The position numbers were made by a program, and so were the translations under genes. A DNA stretch of 64,000 nt from contig NC_092673.1 in assembly GCF_964355755.1 (NCBI RefSeq), forward strand, positions 32,609,648-32,673,647, given 5' to 3'. Each line of letters begins with the position of its first letter. Within the stretch, counting starts at the first letter, position 1. The notes below the pieces were generated by a model. That model did not search any database. It was not told where the DNA came from and saw only the letters and a list, made by a program, of their open reading frames with translations. This stretch comes from Antedon mediterranea. Lineage: Eukaryota; Animalia; Echinodermata. Positions 13,624 through 27,800 of the stretch are shown piece after piece.

Positions 13624-16078
13624 TTAAGTTGTTTACATTACGTCAACATATTTGTTTCGTCATCGGCCTAACCTTAGTCATCAATTTGTTGACAAATCTC
13701 TGCACTAATAATGTTCTACTATGCTGGACTCAAGATTCGGTGTTATTTAGTCATGTTGCTGTTGGTTTCGTAATCTTTTTATTTCTTTCGTCATGTTTCG
13801 TCATTGTGTTAAAGTTCGTCCTCACATTAATTCGTCGTTTTTGTTTGGTCATAAATAAAAAATGAAACGTTTTTCATCGTAAACCCTCTCTGGCTTAAAT
13901 CGTAGCTACTAAAGTGTCTCAAGTTGTGATTTCATAATTATTATCAAAATGAAATTAGATTTGATATGACAACAACCCGACAACAGTCACCTATTTTTTT
14001 TTTCAAATGAAGCTGAACTCGGGAATTCGAAGTCATGTTGTTTCGTAAATTATTTTAGTTCGTCATAATTTTTAATTTTATCGCAAATGTACTGGATTAA
14101 AAAAAAAATAGAATAAATGTCACGAGACCGTTGAAGAATTAGGATGAATGGTGGGCGCTATAGTTCCGTTTCGCACCTGTCGTTTATTTCGACTCAACAT
14201 TGGTTAAGTAACTTTATCGTGAGTACCACACCTTAGAATTAGGCCTCAAAAATACTTTTACGAAGGAGATCACACAAAAAGTAAAAAACAAATCCTTTAA
14301 ATTGATGAATTTACAGACGTGTTTCTCGCACATCGGTTCGTGAATTTCGCATACTCCATGTTCAATGTTGTTGTTTCTATGGAGCGCCAAAAGAGCAATC
14401 ATAATAGAGGGCTAAAAACTCAGTAAATTTCGTATATTTAATGCATTTATTGGTAAAAATTACGTTCAATTTTATCATATTTTGTCAATGTTAATGCAAC
14501 AAAAATATTAATGTTGATACTGTACATGGTTTTTGCAGGATTTTTTAGGAATGAAAATCGACAAATTCATCATCATATTACATGTAGGGCCTACTGTAGG
14601 GGTATATCTGATCTAAATAATATTCCTCTTAGTCTTAGTATTACTCTTAGGCCTAGGGTTGGTTGCAAAACAAATTATTAGCAGTAAAATTTTACAGCAT
14701 TTTTATTGACAAAATATATTAAAATTAAACGTTTATTTCAATAATAAATCGTTAAAATTTCCGGAAGAAATTAAGTACTACATGTCGGTATAGTTCAATC
14801 AAGACATACTTATAATATCACTTCATTACATTCTTGTCTTTTTATTGTTGTCATTGATTAACTTCCAAAACCAAACAACTCTATTGTCTTACTTCCTTAC
14901 CATCGTTAACCATTGTCTTTTTCAAATTAAATAACATCTCCATTGTTGTTTTACTTCCTTACCATTGTTTACCATTGTATTAATTATAATAGGATTAACT
15001 AATGTCATCCCCTCAAGCGCCCTCTACGGGGGCTGTACCTGCATGTATTACTACTACAGTAATAATTGTTTGTTCTCTAAATGTCAATATTACTTGAAAG
15101 TGAAAGTTAAAAACCACCATAAGCCAATATACAGCGTAATTTTAAATGATCTTTTTAAATAAAATTAAGCAATTTAGCAATGCATTCATATCAATGATTT
15201 AGATCAGACTGTGTGTAAAGCACATCAGCAATAGAAAAGTCATTGTTTTGCAGCCTGTCACTGTCATGAACACAATGGTTGTCTTCCATTCTCAGTTGTC
15301 TCGAACTTCGTAGAGTTAATGCTTCAATTCAACGCTGTAATTAACAGAGCCTGTTGAAAATAAAGTTTAAAATGTTAAATAATAATTATACTCATTTTCA
15401 TTGTCATGCATACAACATTAATTTATAATGTTATGTGCTGATCATATTCCCGTTCATTTCTATGCCATTTTTGTTTGTTTTGTGACATTTTATTAAGGTT
15501 ATTAAAGTTTTTAAGCAATAGAGTAGTCACTGTTTACGTTGCTATTACTATCGTTCCATGTCACGCCGCATATCAATTACCGTTATATATAGAGGGTGTC
15601 AGAACATCAATATTATCTGTTTTTGACATATTCAATTCAATTCAATTCAATTTCTTTATTTCTGCAAATGCCATCAATGGCTAATATCCGCTTAAACATA
15701 CTACATCATACAAACATAATTATACATATTTACATTTAAAATTTAAACACATAGTCATTACTACTGTAGTGGTTGTTTTTTTTTTAATTAGGCCTATTGT
15801 AATTATTGTTATTGTGATTATTGTTATTGTTATTATAATAATTAATAAAAGAGTAATAAATTATAGGTTACATCTTAAGGGCAGTTTTAATTTCAAGCAC
15901 AGAAGAGGAAGACACGTTAAGATAAAAATATTGAGCGAGTGAGAGGGAATGAGGTAGAGTAGAGTGAAGAAAACGAGTAGTATGTCCTTTAAAGGGAAGA
16001 TGAGAAGAGAAGAGTGTCCGGATAAGCTCCTGATTGGTATTGATATTAAAATAATTAAAATAAATCATTACCTTAGTA

Positions 16079-19000
16079 TTATAGGTTGTACAAATCAATC
16101 ATATCCTTCTTTGCTGCTTCCCGTGTGATTTCTCTCCATCCAGCTGGTATGTCAGCTTCCCTGCATCCATAAAATTCGGCTAACTCTTTGTTATACTTTG
16201 TCATAAACCATTTCCAGTACAATTGTGTTTTTGGATCCAGACTTGGGTTGATTTCCCATGAATTGTAACGTTCATTGACCTCACGATAGTTTTTAAATTT
16301 GTGCCATTTTTTATCAATATTTTGTTTTTTAAACATTAGTTTAGAGTCAGATTTAACTACCGTTGTACATAGGTCTGTGACTAGTTTATCTTTACGTTCT
16401 CGTTTACCAAAATCTGAGCTCCATTTCTGACCACCCACTCCCTGAGGCCGATGACACTCGGTTCGATGTATTTTACATCCTGCAATGTTATCACATGGGG
16501 CTTCACAAAACGGACATGCCTCTTCACAGCCAATAAGATCGTCCTCAAAAAAAATAACAACTTCTCCAATCTCACTCTTTAATTCGTTATCTAAATCAGA
16601 ATGGCATTTGGCTACTAATTCTTTTTCTTCTGCTTTTAGTTCGGACGAAATTTGACGAAGAAAATCTTCACTTTTAATTTCATTATTTCCATCAAGAAGA
16701 TCAGTTGCGAGTTCCGTCATTGCCGTTGTTTTAGACGTGGAATTTATTTCTTGCATCAAACCGTTTATTTTGCAAGTAGGTCCAGTTTTATCACAAGATT
16801 TGGTGATTGCTTCAATTTCTTCTTTGATTACACTATTTACGCGTTGATAGTAGATGCTTTGTAAGATCGTTAGGCCGTTTATTGTTAATTTCAATCCTCT
16901 TAAAATGTATTCTAGCAACCAACACCGCATAATATGTGAGGGAGATACCAAATAACCTAATAATGAATCACATGAGTCCTTTTCAGCAAGATCAATGAGC
17001 ATTTTCGCATGAAAGGTTTTCTTATTGATAAACGTACATTTATGATCAACTGAGGTTCTGAAATGATTTATAACATCTCTAACAAAATGTTGTTTAACTG
17101 CTTCGCCAATAGCATTTTTTAATTTTCTGGAAAGTTTGTTAGCTGCTGTCAATGATTGTTCCACCAGAACGCATTCGTTCTTGAACATTTCCCATATTTT
17201 TTTCTTTTGAGACATCATGTATACTCTTGGATCATGTTGTTCCTTATAAGCGGCCTTGAGTGATTGCAATTCTGGTATTAATTTCCAGACAATACACACG
17301 GTATGTTTAGCTATTGCTTTTAGTGTAAATTTACCGGTAGTAAATGTAGTAGTGATTGGCGGCTTTTCCAGTGTTTCATATACTTCACTGACGGTTTTAT
17401 GTAAGAAAGGTTCATTGCAATTATTTCCCCGACGTTTGCATTCATAAATGGCAATAGTTGCCTTTCTTTGAGCATCCTCAATTTTAATTTGGGCGAACCT
17501 CTTTAGGTATGACTCTGATTTAAGGATTTTAAGTTTTATTTCTTTTTTAATATCACCGGGTTCATACTTAACTGTGTGTATACTTACTCCATTATCCTTC
17601 AGTATATCTTGAACAACATGTTTAACTTGTTCACATCTCGCACAAAGTACACGGTGAAGTGTTTGCTCAATATCTATCTCGTTAGAAAGTTCTGGTGTGT
17701 CTTTGATCCATTTATCCCATTCTGTGTTAAACCGTTTTTCTAATTCTGGATCTTTTATACCGGTCGTTCTGAGTTGGTCTGCGAGGGTACGTGATTTTTT
17801 ATTAATTTCCAGCTGGTACTTCTCCATGTCTTTGTGGACTTTAGACCTCCATGAGACGGCTTGTTTGACAAGTTTATACTCGTCTTCAAGTATACTTTGC
17901 ATTTCGGTATGTAACCAACTCATTCTTTGTTGTATGTGCTGTTTCCAATGTATCACCCTTGGACTGCTCTTAATATACTCTTCCATTTTAGTGGAGAAGA
18001 TTTCATAGTTTTCCATTAATTTACCTTTCTGTTCTTCGAATTGTTTCTTTCCCTCTGTTTGAAATGTTTCTGTTGGAATGTTTCTGCATATCCTGATAAG
18101 ATCATTGCAATTAGTCCTGCATGCTTGTCTAAAATCCCGTGAAACCTCAATATACTCGTTTTCTAAGGCAGTATAAGCTTGTATTTCCAAAGTATTTTTG
18201 AAGGAAAAGATAAAGCCTTCACAGAGAACAGCCTTCCACAGAGCACTGATTTTGTGTCTAAATTCATCAAGAGTGTTTCCACGTTTGTCCATAATATGTT
18301 TACAAATAATTCTTCTAAGATCAAAAACACCGCGGGCGTACTCAGGATTTGGAGGTGCCATTGGTGGGGCTCCTTCCCATAGGTTTGACATTAAAACTAC
18401 ATGTTCCCTATGCTCAAAACTGATAACATCTGTAAATGAAATATCGGGTTTTCCTTGTAAATCTGCAGCTATTTTTGTAGTCTCTTCGAGTAGATTTCTC
18501 AACTTTATTTTTTGCGTCGTGGTTTTCAGTGAAGCCTCTCTATCAGTTATATTCTGATGAACAAAAATACAGCTAGGTTTTAGATTTGCTATTTCTATCG
18601 TCATCAGAGCATACACGACGATCTGTAGAATATCTTGAATATCAGAATGGTTTTCACCCATGATGTTTATAACTGTGGCATCTGCCAAACCAATTATAAA
18701 CGTCGCCATTTCATTATCACGATTATTTAACGTAACATTCGATAACTCGGGAGCGCGTAAGCCCTCTGTGTCAACCACCAAGATGTAGTCACTTTTAGAT
18801 TTCTTTTTCAGTTCTTCATCAAGAGGGACTAACTGTGCAAACGCACCCTTGGTACACCTGCCAGCACCGACTGCAAACTTTAAACCAAATAAGAAGTTAA
18901 GCATGGTTGATTTCCCACTTGCTTGCACACCAAGTACTGACAAAACAAACATCTTCTTATCTCCAATCTTTGCTTTAAGACAGGTAAAAACAGCATTCAG

Positions 19001-20817
19001 CCAAGCTATAGGAACATACGTTGCGTCACCATCCATAATTTCAAGTGGCTGTCCATCGATTAACATTTCTGCAGCTATTTCCGGTAATTTCTCGATATCT
19101 CCTTTGTTCTCGATTTTCTCAATTGTTGACACTTCTGATGCCATCTCATATATTTGAGCACATTCTCTGATGACATGTTCTAAGCCAATACTTTCGTTAA
19201 AAAGTTTACTTTGAAAGTTTTTAACAAAGGATCTGTCATGTCCACGTTCGTTTTGATAAGCATTGTTGTATTCTTCTCGTATGTTTTGTAACCAGTCACC
19301 AGAGTACCTTTCTAACAGAGCACTTGTCCAGTTATAAAAGTATAACCTTTCGATAGAATCTGAAAAAGCAGACGCTATAAATTGTTTAACCATAACCATT
19401 TTAGATTTATTTTTCCATTGCTCCAACTGTGTCACTCGTAAACTGTTTAAATCTGATGAAAGCGTTTCGAGATCTTCCTCCCCTTGTATATCTTCATTTT
19501 GTTTTACCTGTAATAGTTCTCTACTTTTGGTAGCAATGTTTAATGATAGAAACTGCAATGGAAAATGCATAAGTTTTTCTTTATTTTCATGCAAGTTTTT
19601 CAGTAATTTTTTTGACTTCAACTTACAATCAGCGATGTTACCATTAGTTTTGTAATCGATTCGAATATTGGTCGAAATTGCGATATCTTCCAAATCCTCC
19701 AGATTTTTAGAACGGGTTGTTGGATTAGACAAACACTGTTTCAGTGCGTCTTCAAGCGATATGGATACATCTTTGGTTTCATCCCTGACAATTAGATGAA
19801 CCATTTTATTTGCACCGATAAAAGCTGAATTTATAGATGTAAGGAATGGTTTCCATTCATGATTTGGTTTTTTATCAAACACAAGAACAAGATGGCTTGG
19901 TTGGTCATTCCAAGATGTAATCAACTTCATCTCTTCCACGTCCGACATGTCACTTTGGCAGAAAAGAATACTTATTGATGATGTCTTCATTATGAACTCC
20001 TTTTGTACTGGGTGATTGTAAACATTACCACGTAGGTTCATCATCCCAAAAGCAGTTGAAAAGCTATCTCCATCATTTCCCATTGGAAGATACCACATTA
20101 TCTCTAGTACTCCATTGGCCATTACTTTTTTAACATTTCCACCCTTACTTTTATAATTTACAAAATGATTATGTTTCGAGTTAATGGCTTGATTGAGCAG
20201 CTCTGATTTTGATAGCGTAGGTCTTCCTACACGCAGAGCAGATACTATTGGTAATGGATACATTGCCAGTGATCGTTCACGAGATGGCTCTGAACAGGTC
20301 TTGCATAGCTTTCGTAGTGTACTCATTGCCCAAGAAAGCATTTCAATGTTGGGTGTTCTTGACGGGGCGTCTATACCTGGTAATATCAACGGAATGCCTA
20401 ACTGACACTGTGCCAACTTTTCTACCAATATTTGTCTGAGGAAGTCATCACTACATAAAAATAGTGACGTCAGTACGTCTAAGGGATGTACCTGTATTTC
20501 ATCATCTGTATCATCACCATTTGGCTCCAGGGAATCATCATCCAGAAAAAGAGACAGTGAGGTAGTACTCTTTACTGTGTGCGTTGGTCGATTAAGTTTG
20601 AACGACAATCCTTCGTAGTTGCATGCGATAATATTTTGTAGCATAAACCAAGGAAGTTGTCGCGGATGTTCGATATCTGAATGTTTAATAACATTTTCTG
20701 TAAGTTTCAGTGCTCTCTGTCTTGTAATTTTTTTTGGAAACAAGTCATGTAGTTCCAGTAATTTTAATAAACTACACTTTTCATAGTCAGGAAGAAGCGC
20801 CATTGTTTGATCATTAC
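16079..20817 (-). CDS. Very large inducible GTPase (GVIN1/URGCP-like), giant exon A
   Basis: 1606-aa ORF with G1 VLGVQASGKSTMLN, GRCTKG, G3 DTEG, HQN and a C-terminal CPFCEAPC..H...H Cys/His cluster. Probable phase-1 acceptor attatcatttcag| at 20817; the ORF portion upstream looks intronic. First internal Met is MALLPDYEK. Confidence 0.92.
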
Positions 20818-20997
20818 CTGAAATGATAATTTGTAATAATGCCCTGAAGTATTTTAGTTTATTTAGTTTGGTAGTACAGTAGTTATATTCTTTATTCATC
20901 GGGAAGAGTGAGAGAATAAGATATGAATAAATATTGTATTGTGCACATTTTTATTAGCTTTAATTGAATTTATATTTATATAGTGTTAAATTGTTTT

Positions 20998-22370
20998 TAG
21001 TCGCGTGGACGCGACTCTATAGTTCACAATGTCGGTCGGTCTGTTGGTCTGTCTGTCGGTCCGGTATCACTATGCGTTTTATCGCCTTTCTATATTTTTT
21101 GAACTGTTTTGATGTACAGACAATTAGTCGCGTGGGTGAACGCGACTCTATAGTTCACTATGTCGGTCGGTCTGTCTGTCGGTCCGGTATTGCTATGCGT
21201 TTTATCGCTTTTCTGTACTTTTTGAACTGTTTTGATGTAGAGACAATTAGTCGCGTGGGTGGACGCGACTCTATAGTTCACTATGTCTGTCGGTCTGTCG
21301 GTCTGTCTGTCGGTCCGGTATCACTATGCGTTTTATCGCTTTTCTATATTTTTTGAACTGTTTTGATGTACAGACAATTAGTCGCGTGGGTGAACGCGAC
21401 TCTATAGTTCACTATGTCGGTAGGTCTGTCGGTCTGTCTGTCGGTCCGGTATTACTATGCGTTTTATCGCTTTTCTGTACTTTTTGAACTGTTTTGATGT
21501 AGAGACAATTAGTCGCGTGGGTGGACGCGACTCTATAGTTCACTATGTCTGTCGGTCTGTCTGTCGGTCCGGTATCACTATGCGTTTTATCGCTTTTCTG
21601 TACTTTTTGAACTGTTTTGATGTACAGACAATTAGTCGCGTGGGTGGACGCGACTCAATAGTTCACTATGTCGGTCGGTCTGTCGGTCTGTCTGTCGGTC
21701 CGGTATCACTATGCGTTTTATCGCTTTTCTGTACTTTTTAAACTGTTTTAATGTACAGACAATTAGTCGCGTGGACGCGACTCTATAGTTCACTATGTCG
21801 GTCGGTCTGTCTGTCGGTCCGGTATTGCTATGCGTTTTATCGCTTTTCTGTACTTTTTTAACTGTTTTGATGTAGAGACAATTAGTCACGTGGGTGGACG
21901 CGACTCTATAGTTCACTATGTCTGTCGGTCTGTCGGTCTGTCTGTCGGTCCGGTATCACTATGCGTTTTATCGCTTTTCTGTACTTTTTGAACTGTTTTG
22001 ATGTACAGACAATTAGTCGCGTGGGTGGACGCGACTCAATAGTTCACTATGTCGGTCGGTCTGTCGGGCTGTCTGTCGGTCCGGTATCACTATGCGTTTT
22101 ATCGCTTTTCTGTACTTTTTAAATTGTTTTGATGTACAGACAATTAGTCGCGTGGACGCGACTCAATAGTTCACTATGTTGGTCGGTCTGTCGGTCTGTC
22201 GGTCCGGTATCACTATGCGTTTTATCGCTTTTCTGTACTTTTTTTAACTGTTTTGATGTACAGACAAGTTTTAACTATGTCGGTCGGTCTGTCGGTCGGT
22301 CGGTCGGTCTGTCGGGTATCACTTTGCGTTTTTCTGTACTTTTTGAACTGTTTTGATGTACAGAAAAGTT
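20998..22370. repeat. ~120-131-bp satellite, about 10 units
   Basis: tagtcgcgtgg unit starts near 20998, 21126, 21248, 21379, 21510, 21633, 21764, 21883, 22014, 22145. Confidence 0.95.
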
Positions 22371-22374
22371 TTAA

Positions 22375-22971
22375 AGGCCAGGTGCGGGCAAAACATTTCT
22401 ATTGATCATACATTCCAATAATTATCGATCTATAGTTTCCCCTATGTTTCATAATTTTTTTGGGATTTTATTTGTGTTACATGAGCTTATTGAAAATAAG
22501 CACTTTCTTATCAGTGGGGGGATAGTTCAAATTACACAGTAAAATCTCTATTCTTTTGAACACACATTTTGTAAATAGAGAGGCATTTTAAAAACCTATG
22601 AAAAATAAACGGTGTGGTAAAAAATGTTATCAGATGACTAAATATAGGTAATATAACTTGAATTTTACATTTCTGGTATTTTTATTCAACTTCAGATTTT
22701 TATTTTCATGCTATAGCTAAAATTATCCACCGTATATCCACCATCTTTTTTCACTTTGTAGGGAGTCACCAGACATGTTATTACATTAGGTTATACTACC
22801 TAACTACTGAAAAAAAGTCTTTCTGGTTTTTATGGCAGAATTTTGCCAAATTTTGTATTTGACCGTATTAAGAGAAATTCATGTTTTTTCGTCTTGATTT
22901 CTGTTACAAATATTTGATTTATGTACAATTAACCAGATATTATATTTAAAATTCATGCCTGTACCTGAGCT
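22375..22971 (-). mobile_element. ~600-bp TTAA transposon, copy 2 (inverted)
   Basis: TTAA|AGGCCAGGTGC...GTACCTGAGCT|TTAA; reverse complement of 2764-3357. Confidence 0.87.
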
Positions 22972-23349
22972 TTAAAGTACTTTTTGAAAGTTCATTTTTT
23001 TCTGAGAGCACGCGACTTATGGCTGTTGGCCTTGTTTTTTAAAAGGTAGAAATGCAAGTTTAATTCACTATAGTCCTATTCATATTCGTCAGTATGTATG
23101 CTACCTTATAGGTCTAGGTTAGTTTTGGCGCTGAGATTATCTCAGATAACATAAGGAAAGGATTATATTCGCAAATGGAATACCATTTGGATTTAATTTA
23201 TTTATTATTTATTTATTTATTAATTTGGAAATAATTATCAGAACTACTGTGCAATATGACTTATAATTATTATTATAATTTATTACTTTTATTTAAGATA
23301 AATTATAAGGTTTATAAAGGAAAAGTAGTGTTTTATATTTGATAATCAT

Positions 23350-24552
23350 ATGACACCAAATATACACCTTTTATCGTTAAATGTTAGAGGAACTGGGGAA
23401 AAACAAAAACAAATTATTATATCTAAATGGGTCAATGACAACAAAGCTGATGTCATCTTCATTCAAGAATCACATTTGACAAATGATAAAACCCAGTCGC
23501 TCGATGATATATGACAAGGTGATTCCTACCAATGCTTCGGATCATCACACTGTAGAGGAATATCCACATTTATTGAGATGGTAAATTCAACACAGGGTAA
23601 CAAAACAATACAAAGATATTAATGGTAGATTTTTACTTCTAAGAATTGAAATAGATGAAAGCTGTTTCATTCTTGTTAATTCATATGCCCAAATTATGCA
23701 AAAGATAGATGTTCTTATTTTAGGACTTTACATAAAACAATTATTGACTTCAAAGAAAGCAATAATGATAAAATAATTATAGGTGGTGATATTAATTGTG
23801 CTCTAGACAGAAAATTTGACCAAAAGGTAGTGTCTATAAAGTAGATAATTCTGTTTTTACAATAAAAAAAACCCTAATCTTAATAATATTTGAAGAAAAC
23901 ATAACCCGGTTACATGTCAATTCACATGGCGAAGGAAATCAACCCAAACTTTCAGAAAGATGGACTATTTTTTATATATCTAACGACTTATGTGAATATG
24001 TTAACACATTTTATATCAGGCCGTCAATCATGTCTGATCACCAAGCCATATCCTTAAAAATAAGTTTGACTAATGACGAAAGAGGCCCGGGATTATGGAA
24101 AATGATTAGTAGAGTTGTGGCTTGGTGGTTATGATGCTTGGCTACCGCTCAAAGGGTCCTGTGTTCAAGTCCTGTCACATGTCAGGATTAAAATTAAGGA
24201 CAAAATTACAACTCCACTCCCAAAACCTGTTAATTAGACTTTGTTTATATAGAGCATCTGTATATTTATAGGCCTGTGTGTATGTTGGTTTTGTGAACCC
24301 ATTGAGGGTCCCTAATGATCAGCAATTGCTTGACGGATCACCCTTATTAAATATGGTAAAAAAAAACAATTCTCATTTAGATAATGCAGATTATATAAAC
24401 ATTAACATTAACATTTCAATTTATATAGCGCCTTTACAAGGATCAAAGCGCTTTACAATGACCGATCATCTGGTGAACATAATTATTTCGGGAAAAGATG
24501 GGTTTTCAAGAGTTTTTTGAAAATTATGAGAGAAATGCGATATGTGAGGGTC

Positions 24553-24586
<34 letters not shown>

Positions 24587-24870
24587 AAATGTGAGCAAGC
24601 AATAAAGAAAATGAAAAAGGATGGATGTCCCTTGTCGACTCTGCTGTTTATTTTAGTAGCTGAAGTCCTAGCTACGAAAATAGGAACATGTGATATGGTC
24701 AAAAGCCTGATTGTTCCTGCAGGCAATGGTATATTTAAAGATAGTAAGATTACACAGCTAGCATGACACTGTACTTTTTCTAAAGGATATAAATAGTATA
24801 GATAACAGCATAAGCATTATTGAAAAGTTTGGAGAGGTTTCTGGATTAAAATTAAATAAGAAAACAAATG
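23350..24870 (+). mobile_element. Decayed L1/Tx1-type LINE ORF2 (APE endonuclease and RT remnants)
   Basis: NVRG...ADVIFIQESHL (23379-), IIGGDINCAL, FTWRRK, SDHQAI, RGPGLWKM; RT remnant GCPLSTLLFILVAEVLA (~24623); many stops and frameshifts. Confidence 0.85.
24110..24360 (+). mobile_element. tRNA-derived SINE inserted in the LINE remnant
   Basis: A box TGGCTTGGTGG, B box GTTCAAGTCC, A-rich tail; the 3' hairpin region resembles 36518-36560 and 45364-45404. Confidence 0.65.
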
Positions 24871-27800
24871 AACTATATATAAAACTAATACTATTATATA
24901 ATATAAAAATTAGGAAAATCTAACATTCATATTTTGAATAATGATCGAAAAAAAGATATAAAAATGTCAGCTTATTGGGTGAAGAGGGCTAAAGCAGAGT
25001 ATGCGGATCACGTGTAGTGAAACAATTTATCTTCATGATTTGGATGTATAATAATGAACCGAATTTTACATCACTTATTTCCTACAGTGGTGTATATTTC
25101 CTACAGTGGTGTATATTTCCTACAGTGGTGTATATTCAGACTATAGTTTTTTATACCCATCTGTATACTTATATTAAGGTAATTTTAGGAGCAGATCCCA
25201 AAACTGTATGCATTTTGACAGAAATTATTGGTGGATGTCCACTTATTGTGGTTTATGATTAAATTGTACTCACCATGTGTAGTATTCTTGCAAGTCTTCA
25301 AAATTTCCAATTCATTGAGAACACTTCAGTGCATCTAGCCAAGCCCGTAGAGAGTTCAGTGCATCTAGCCAATCCCGTAGAGAGTTCAGTGCTCTAGTTA
25401 AGCCCATAGAGAGTCGGATCCATGTACTTGGACCGAAGCCTAAGTATCAAATGACGAAGTTGTATTCGTAAATGTTTGATTTGGTCCCAATTTAGGTGAT
25501 TAGAAGCAGAGTAATCGACACTTCCTATGTAGACATATGATTGTTTTGTTTGTATAAAGTTGGTAGTAAATGTTTGCTTTGATTCTTTACCTGAGCAACA
25601 AACTGATACTGTATGAATTTCTTCTGGATAACAAATGTAATTGCTCTGTTTGTTGAATTTTCCTGATACTGCCATCGTCTGTAATGTTTGCTGGCAATCA
25701 TTGTAGGCATATAAACGGCCACGCCTACTTGATGACATGTTTGTTTTGATCGTATTGTATGTGATTACTGCATAACCAGGGCATCGAACTGATTGCTTAT
25801 CATTCGGCGACAATTTTATTATTTTGTTTTATAAGTTGCTAGTCAAATGTTTACCTCGATTCTTTAGTATCTGAGCAACACAGTTGATATAATCTTTTTG
25901 TCGGTAACTTCTGGATAACTTTGATTACAGTTAGTATTGACATGTACTATCATAAAAAAAAACTCATAGGTTTAAAAACTACAAGGTCATAATGACATTG
26001 CAGTGTAAAGTCACACATATGGAGATTGTGTTGCAATGTTTGAATATCTCTGTACAATGAAGCATGACCGAACGTAAAGTCATAGTGCTTAATTTATATG
26101 TATGTTGGATCGAGGGAAGAGTGAAATTTCAATCTTTCCTAGTTGGAACATGTAAGCCGAATAAAAATTATTTATCCAAATAACAAAAGTTGAATAATTT
26201 TAATTAAACTTATATAGTAGATGCTCTTCGCTTATGAATTGCCAGACAGAAATAACAATATAGCGTGGTTCCTTTAAAATTGGCCAATACTTCAAATTGG
26301 GTTAGAAGCATGATATTTGGTATGGCAAACTCGTATCGGAAATTCTTTTAAGATTTTAAGATAATTTAAATTTTACTTTTGACTTCAGATAATGTCCGAT
26401 ACCTCAGAAATAGTAAACCGTACATCCTAGAAACACGAAAACAATGGCAACTGATGTAGAAACAATACTTTCTATTCATGTTTCACCCAATACTATAAGA
26501 GATATTTAAAAATACTATATCTGGACCTATTTAGCGAACCTTCAAAATGAAAAAGATGCACTAATAAGATATTAAGTTCTGCATTGGTGATCCAACTTCA
26601 TCACTACAGTAATTATGTAAAAAGGGAAACCATTCTTTCTCATTAGTATGCTGTGTGTATCTTAAATTAAAATATAACTGTAATCCAGCCCTCTCACAAA
26701 CATTTACTTAAAAGGCAAAAAGGCCGTGCTCAGTTTAGTGAAACAATTTTACCAACCAAAAAAAGATGTTAAAATCAATAATAAATGACCAAACAATGCC
26801 ATAGGCCTATATCATTTCCAAACGTGCCACCTTATTTTCGCCAAGTATAAGTTGTGAGACCCATGAATACTTTTTAGATTTCGTTTAGTAAAAGCTTGCG
26901 TCATCCATTTTGACCACAGAATCTATTATAATCCCAATGTTTTATATTACAGTATAATATTTTATTTTCCATACAGGGTTGCATTCATTGTGCAAGCTAA
27001 CCATTCTAGATATCACAATTTTAATTACATTTAATTTTACATTTTTTTTGGTAGCTGATCATACTCTAGACCATGAATAAGCAAATGAACACATTACTAC
27101 ATGGTAACTTTAACTTTTAAACACTGGCACCAACCATGACACTAAGTATTACCATCGGCATAGATCTGTTTCAAACACGTAATTGTTTGCAAAAATAATG
27201 GTGTTATTATAAGGTTTATTTCTTGACTTGATCACATAGATCCCAGGGTCGAAAAATCTTTTAGGAATATAGACCTGGAAACATTTTTCAGAATGACTGG
27301 GCATGTGTTATCACGGTGATATTACTGTAAACGAATTATTTTAAATAAACAATACTTGATATGTGATATAATAGTTGCCAAAAAAAACCAAACTCATGGT
27401 TTAATATGACTCTACCAGAAAATGAAGCGAATTTAAGTAGAACTACATGATCAACGATATTGCACCCTCTTTTTTATTGTTAATTTTACTGTGAATAAGT
27501 ATGATAATTCATATAAGCATTGGAATTCACTTTCAGTTCTGAACCGAAAATACTCATTGAAAGTTACATAATAATGCGCACCAATTAAAAAATTTAAACA
27601 TAAATATTCATGAACTATATATATACGTATACGTATACGTGTGCGACGTTTCGACTTGTTTTTAACAAAGCTTTATCTGGCAATGACTAGATTTTAGTGG
27701 TTGCAAGGAGTACTGTTAGATTTGCTAGTTGTAGAGCAGCGCCCCATTATTCGTAACCTAGAGTCTGCTTTTTGCCGATGTTTTCGGCTTGCCAGATGAA

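Larger units (their letters stand above)
20995..23040 (+). mobile_element. Helentron/DINE-1-like element with tandemly amplified 5' part
   Basis: T-run then AGTCGCGTGGACGCGACT hairpin, GTCG/GTCT microsatellite, 3' ACGCGACT plus small hairpin ggctgttggcc and T-run at ~23010-23040; interrupted by 22375-22971. Confidence 0.72.

Noticed and set aside
20818-20899. ORF-track N-terminus of VLIG A (and 50433-50481 for B)
   Set aside because: Both read through pyrimidine-rich acceptor regions and are most likely intron.
20964-22356. ORFs in the ~125-bp array; repeat-spacer appearance
   Set aside because: Translations of a TE-derived satellite; the variable part is only microsatellite length.
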